From NCBI GenBank assembly GCA_964016885.1, contig OZ024747.1, forward strand, positions 50,592,001 through 50,656,000: DNA of 64,000 nt, written 5' to 3'. Within the stretch, counting starts at the first letter, position 1. Each line of letters starts with the position of its first letter. Position numbers and translations under genes: made by a program. Under the pieces are notes generated by a model that worked only from the letters and a program-made list of their open reading frames with translations, made no database searches and was not told where the DNA came from. The DNA comes from Eledone cirrhosa. Its lineage: Eukaryota. Of the stretch, positions 56,804 through 64,000 are shown piece after piece.

Positions 56804-58878
56804 TTACCTTGTACGACACTGACCAATACCACTCTACCTTGCACGATATTGACCAATACCACTGATCCATGTACGACACTGACCAATACACCTCTACCAT
56901 GTACGACACTGACCAATACCACTCTATCTTGTACGACACTGACCAATACCAGTCTACCATGTACGATATTAACCAATACCACTATACCATGTACGACACT
57001 GACCAATACCACTCTACCATGTACGACACTGACCAATACCACTCTACCATGTACGATACTGACCAATACCACTCTACCATGTACGACACTGACCAATACC
57101 ACTCTACCATGTCGACACTGACCACACACCTCTACCATGTACGACACTGACCAATCCACCTCTACCATGTACGACACAGACCAATACACCATACCACTCT
57201 ACCTTGTACCACACTGACCAATACCACTCTACCATGTACGACACTGACCAATACCACTTTACCATGTACGACACTGACCAATAACACTCTACCATGTACA
57301 ACACTGACCAATACACCATACCACTCTACCTTGTACGACACTGACCAATACCACTCTACCATGTACGACACTGACCAATACACCTCTACCTTGTACGACA
57401 CAGACGAATGCACCATACCACTCTACCTTGTACCACACTGACCAATACCACTCTACCATGTACGACACTGACCAATACACCATACCACTCTACCTTGTAC
57501 GACACTGACCAATACCACTCTACCATGTACGACACTGACCAATACACCTCTACCATGTACGACACTGACCAATACACCATACCACTCTACCTTGTACGAC
57601 ACTGACCAATACCACTCTACCATGTACGACACTGACCAATACCACTCTACCATGTACGACACTGACCAATACCACTCTACCATGTACGACACAGGCCAAT
57701 ACACCATACCACTCTACCTTGTACGACACTGACCAATACCACTCTACCATGTACGACACTGACCAATATACCTCTATCATGTACGACACTGACCAATACA
57801 CCTCTACCATGTATGACACTGACCAATACCACTCTACCATGTATGACACTGACCAATACACCTCTACCATGTATGACACTGACCAATACCACTCTACCAT
57901 GTACGACACTGACCAATACACCTCTATCATGTACGACACTGACCAATACCACTCTACCATGTACGACACTGACCAATACCACTCTACCATGTACGACACT
58001 CACCAATACCTCTCTACCTTGTACGATATTGACGAATACCACTCTACCATGTACGATATTGACCAATACCACTCTAACATGTACTACACTGACCAATCCA
58101 CCTCTACCATGTACGACACAGACGAATACACCATACCACTCTACCTTGTACCACACTGACCAATACCACTCTACCATGTACGACACTGACCAATACACCT
58201 CTACCATGTATGACACTGACCAATACCACTCTACCATGTACGACACTGACCAATACACCTCTACCATGTACGACACTGACCAATACCACTCTACCATATA
58301 CGACACTGACCAATACCACTCTACCATGTACGACACTCACCAATACCTCTCTACCTTGTACGATATTGACGAATACCACTCTACCATGTACGACACTGAC
58401 CAATACACCTCTACCATGTACGACACTGACCAATACCACTCTACCATGTACGACACTGACCAATACCACTCTAACATGTACAACACTGACCAATCCACCT
58501 CTACCATGTACGACACAGACGAATACACCATACCACTCTACCTTGTACCACACTGACCAATACCACTCTACCATGTACGACACTGACCAATACCACTCTA
58601 CCATGTACGACACTGACCAATACCACTCTACCATGTACGACACTGACCAATAACACTCTACCATGTACGACACTGACCAATACACCATACCACTCTACCT
58701 TGTACGACACTGACCAATACCACTCTAACATGTACGACACTGACCAATACCACTCTACCATGTACGACACTGACCAATACCACTCTACCATGTACGACAC
58801 TGACCAATACCACTCTACCATGTACGATATTGACCAATACCACTCTACCATGTACGATATTGACCAATACACCTCTAT
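56804..58878 (+). repeat. 30-bp minisatellite with interspersed 37-bp variant units, about 65 units
   Basis: Unit GTACGACACTGACCAATACCACTCTACCAT; the variant carries a 7-bp ACACCAT insertion. Confidence 0.96.
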
Positions 58879-59096
58879 CTTCTCATTCATATCATCTCTC
58901 TACCTCCAGCCCATTTCTCTCCGCCATTCTCTCCTCTGTCGTATCTTCTAATTAAACTTTCTCTCTTCTCCTAACGACAAATAAACCTTTTAAACAATCA
59001 CTGTATAAGGCATGTAGTCGGAAGAAACATTTAGGACGAAACTTCGAAGTCACTGACACATTTTTCTATATGTATTTCAGTGATTCGTCAATAATA

Positions 59097-59183
<87 letters not shown>

Positions 59184-59236
59184 ATTTAAAACTTCACTAT
59201 TCACAAGAGTTTTTTAAGCTTCATATCATGTATCCC

Positions 59237-59307
59237 TATTTTATCTGATGAAAACGCAGATATCATCTCATGATGATATTTGTTTTTGAAATGCGCATAA
59301 TAAAATA
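59237..59307 (+). ncRNA. Type I hammerhead ribozyme with long helix II (family G)
   Basis: UAUUUUAU-CUGAUGA-AAAcGCAGAUAUCAUC-ucau-GAUGAUAUUUGUuUUU-GAAA-UGCGCA-UA-AUAAAAUA: 8-bp helix I, 15/16-bp helix II and palindromic helix III. Confidence 0.82.
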
Positions 59308-59453
59308 CTTGGAATTCTTTTAACCATCTTTTGATCTTATATTATTTATACTCCAGTCCTACAAACTGTAGAGTGCTACTTATCCGATATTTGCATTGCT
59401 TTATTGTGCTACAATAAAACTCACCTCCTACATTATATATATGAAGTATATAT

Positions 59454-59590
59454 ATATTTATTAAAATAACAGATTAAAGTTTAAGCAAAGAATCGCTGCT
59501 TTCACCCTTAACGGGATCTTCTGAAGATCTCGTTAAGGGTGAAAGCAGCGATTCTTTGCTTAAACTTTAATCTGTTATTTTAATAAATAT
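59454..59590 (+). mobile_element. Fold-back unit (family B) centred on the hairpin before GAAA-GCA..TGC-TT
   Basis: 137-bp near-perfect palindrome; axis hairpin 59504-59540 followed by GAAAGCA-gcgattctt-TGCTT. Confidence 0.8.
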
Positions 59591-59674
59591 TTACTCTACG
59601 GTTCTTATATATTTGATATATATTTATCCTTATCGAGCCCTCTTTGGATTTTCGTCTTAACATTTATTATTATT

Positions 59675-59862
59675 ACTGAATTGGCAGTAACGGTAGAGGG
59701 TTGGATTATGCTTTCCAGCATAGTTACGTCCCTTTACGATCTAAGTTCAATTCCCGCCGAGGTTAACTTTGCCTTTCATCCTATGGGTGTCGATCAAATA
59801 AAGTACCAGTAATGTACTGAGACAATTGGTGGCCTTGTGCCAAAAAGTAGAAACAATTATTA
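59675..59862 (+). mobile_element. tRNA-derived SINE copy
   Basis: A/B boxes, core and tail, diverged. Confidence 0.88.
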
Positions 59863-59893
59863 CTATAAAGTATATATATAATTATATATCAAG

Positions 59894-59972
<79 letters not shown>

Positions 59973-60049
59973 ATATAACGGCCGACTGAATACGCACGTG
60001 AATGTTTTTTTTCTCTCCACCATTTTTTCCTCACTTTCCCTGTTCCTAC

Positions 60050-60215
60050 CTCTCTTCACTCTTTACTTTCTATCTATCTTCTATTTCTAACTCCCTCTTC
60101 TCATGAAGAACTAGTGTCCGAAACGTTAAGATTCCCTTCCTGCTATTTCAAGCGTTAAACTAATATATTTTTTCCATGTACTGTGTCGTTTGTATTCTTA
60201 TTTTTGTTATTACTC
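60050..60215 (+). mobile_element. Diverged family-F unit with a decayed HHR (60096-60131)
   Basis: tctt-CTCATGA-a-gaac-tagt-gtcc-GAAACGTT-aaga, with downstream similarity to 56421-56500. Confidence 0.65.
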
Positions 60216-60239
60216 ACACACACACACACTCACACACAC

Positions 60240-60293
<54 letters not shown>

Positions 60294-60925
60294 ACACACG
60301 GAAACACACACACGCACACAGACACACGCACACATATATATATATATTCATATCTATATACACATATATATATACACATACACGCAGACGCACACACACA
60401 TAATCACACACACACGCACACACGCACACAGACACACACACATATATATATATATATATGAAAATCTATATACACATATATATACACATACACGCAGACG
60501 CACACACACACACACATACACACACACAGACACACACATTCACACACGCAAATACACATATATATATATTCATATCTATATACTCATATATATACACATA
60601 CACGCAGAGGCACACACACATACACACACACACACACACACGCACACACATGCACACACACACACACATATATATATATTCATATCTATATACACATATA
60701 TATACACATACACACAGACGCACACACACATACACACACACACACGCACACAGACACACACACACATATATATATTCATATCTATATACACATATATATA
60801 CACATACACGCAGACGCACACACACATACACACACACAGACACACACACGCACACACGCAAACACACATATATATTCATATCTATATACTCATATATATA
60901 TACACATACACGCAGACGCACACAG

Positions 60926-60968
<43 letters not shown>

Positions 60969-61140
60969 CACATACACGCAGAGGCACACACGCACACACA
61001 CACACACATACGCCCACACACACACAGACACACACACACACACACGTATATATATTCATATCTGCATACACATATATATACACATACACGCAGACGCACA
61101 CACACACACACACACACACGCACACACACATACATACGTA
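60215..61140. repeat. Higher-order compound CA/TA repeat
   Basis: Anchors TATTCATATCT and CACATACACGCAGA recur several times. Confidence 0.88.
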
Positions 61141-61803
61141 TATATTTATGCACGAATATACGAGTGTAGACATGTATATGTGTAGGTGTATATGTATAAA
61201 AAAAAAAGTGTACGATTGTATGACGATACTGTATATTTCATTTGTGCTGTCTGTTTTCGGTCAGCCTGTAGCTGATTCAATAAAAACCAAAACGATGTCA
61301 TAGTATTCAGGAATTAACGTGAAGTCTTTGGAGTGAAGAAGGCAGGATCTTTTTAATTTGCATTGACGTGTCCTTGCCCCAACCCAACCTCAATAGTAAT
61401 ATTGTACAGTAAGTTAGGACATTGATATTAAAGATCATCCCAAGCCGGAAGTAGAGCCCTAAGTAACTATATATTGATGACTGTTCTATCATTCCAGGCA
61501 TATATATACACCCAAAGAAATAATTGCAATATGTCACTTGAATCGGAAGTCGAAGAAATATGTGAAATATTTATGTGTGTGCATTCTTGATATAACATCC
61601 ATGTTGATATATCTAAACTATAGACATGTAAATAGATACTGCGCTAATAAAACAAGCGGCAGCATGTCATTCTAGCGTTCTGTCATTCTAACAGTGTATA
61701 TTCCTTCTGGTGTAGTATTTTTTTTTTTTTTTCCATTTTCGATACGGCCACGAGCTTAGATGTCGGATGTTGGATGAATACATGATTGTATATATATATG
61801 AAA

Positions 61804-61942
<139 letters not shown>

Positions 61943-61952
61943 TATATAAATA

Positions 61953-62017
<65 letters not shown>

Positions 62018-62151
62018 TATATACATATAATTATATATATATGTATGTATCTGTATGTGGTTGTGTGTGTATGTTTATATGTATATATGTAGATATAGTT
62101 ATACATATATCTATCATATATATAGAGAGAGAGTGTGAGAGGGAGACACAC

Positions 62152-62287
<136 letters not shown>

Positions 62288-62395
62288 TTACCAAAACAAT
62301 GTTTTGTTTATTTCTTGTTTTTCCTTGCAACCAGAATGGACATCGAGAGAGAAAGAAAGAGAGAGAGAAAGAGAGAGAAATAGAAAGAAGGGGAA

Positions 62396-62489
<94 letters not shown>

Positions 62490-63201
62490 GATTGGCACGG
62501 GAGAGAGTAATTGCAACTACCAGAATATATATCACAGCAAGACGCCATTGCTGGCTACCATTTTCTACTTGGTGTCGTGTCCGATAGTGACCAGAATACA
62601 AAACAGATACGTGATACGAATACACAAACAAAACAACATATGCCTCAACAGTGATTTCTCTCAGACATTCTTCACCCAAATCTCTCCTTTTCTACTCACT
62701 ACTCTTTCTAGAAAACACTATCTCTCTATTACCATCTTTAATCTTCAATTGCTTTCGCCATTCTTCACGTTATATTATTAGTCATAAGTTATCTAATTTC
62801 TGTCTTAAAAAATATAATTATGTTATATATAGTTTCTTTGCATAGTTCCAACACTTAATTCGTCGTTGTTTAACTTATAACTTTTCCTGTAATCATCAAA
62901 TCAAGTATTTTCTTACCTTGATTATATCGTTTAATTACATTTTCGACTTATATCCAATTTACAGTATTTCTAAAGCTTCTATACCATGAGACGTGTGTGT
63001 GTGTGTTTCCCATCATATTTTCTGCAGATATTTAAAGAAAAGTAACAGATTATATTATTTAATAATAAACAGACGTTATATACTTATAAAGAAAATATGA
63101 AGGCGGGGAAATTGGCAGGGTCAGTGAGAAGGGTCTGAGTAGTATGGACGCCAGATATGCCACTGTATCTACTTGAATATACATACATATATATATATAT
63201 G

Positions 63202-63323
<122 letters not shown>

Positions 63324-64000
63324 GATGTATTTATTCTCACTCGCTCTCACTCTCTCTCTCTCTCTCTCTCTCTTTCTGTATATATATATATACAGAAAGA
63401 GAGAGAGAGATACATGTATATAATTACATATAAGCATAGTTTCATCTTTTCAAACATTTGATGCCTGGTTCAAAATAACATTACCCCTTATCGTGTAGTT
63501 TATTTATTATGTCATGCAGTTCAAAGTAAATCAAAATCTATGTCCTTTTAAACTAACACTTTTTCCATACCGAGCAATCGGCTGACATTTTTTTCGTGTT
63601 TTTTTTTCTTTCCATTTATCGTTCGCCAGACCCCAACCCTTTATTCCACCACCACTCTGTTTTTCTCTCTAATTTTCATTGCCTCTTACCATCCATCTTT
63701 TTCGCTAACTGCCTCGTTATTCACTGTTGTTCTGTTCTAACACAACTGAAATACACTAACACAAGCAATGTAATATTTCATAATAAAACTTTCAAAGATT
63801 AGATTAGGAACAAAACAGGTTCAAACTTTCTCATGCATAAAATTTATAAAATGTTTCATTTTATCTAAGCTTTTTATAAAAGAAATTATATATGTGTTAC
63901 ATATTTCTTTTTATCTATCATTAACGGTAGATCGAAGACTTAATCACTTCACACGCATCTAAAAATTATACATTTTTTTATCGATTTAAATGTAAAATGT

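Overview
Eukaryotic, AT-rich, microsatellite-saturated DNA with no confidently identifiable host gene. The SINE family and repeat landscape suggest an octopod cephalopod (inference). Most ORFs in the six-frame track are translations of simple repeats. Real coding remnants are all transposon-derived: a near full-length degenerate R4/Dong-type non-LTR element (RT plus restriction-like endonuclease) with truncated copies, a complete degenerate hAT-superfamily (hATm-like) transposon with an exact 8-bp TSD, and Penelope-like (PLE) GIY-YIG and RT fragments. The window also holds about 15 tRNA-derived SINE copies, an RTE-derived non-autonomous element and several minisatellites. The most striking unexplained signal is a population of short units wedged into (TA)n tracts that carry hammerhead-ribozyme (HHR) motifs from several unrelated families, one with helix-II covariation. 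In three unrelated families the DNA forms a fold-back palindrome whose axis is the hairpin directly 5' of GAAA-helix III-UH, i.e. HHR helix II. This suggests snap-back self-priming at the ribozyme hairpin during reverse transcription. All structures were read by eye and none were tested computationally.
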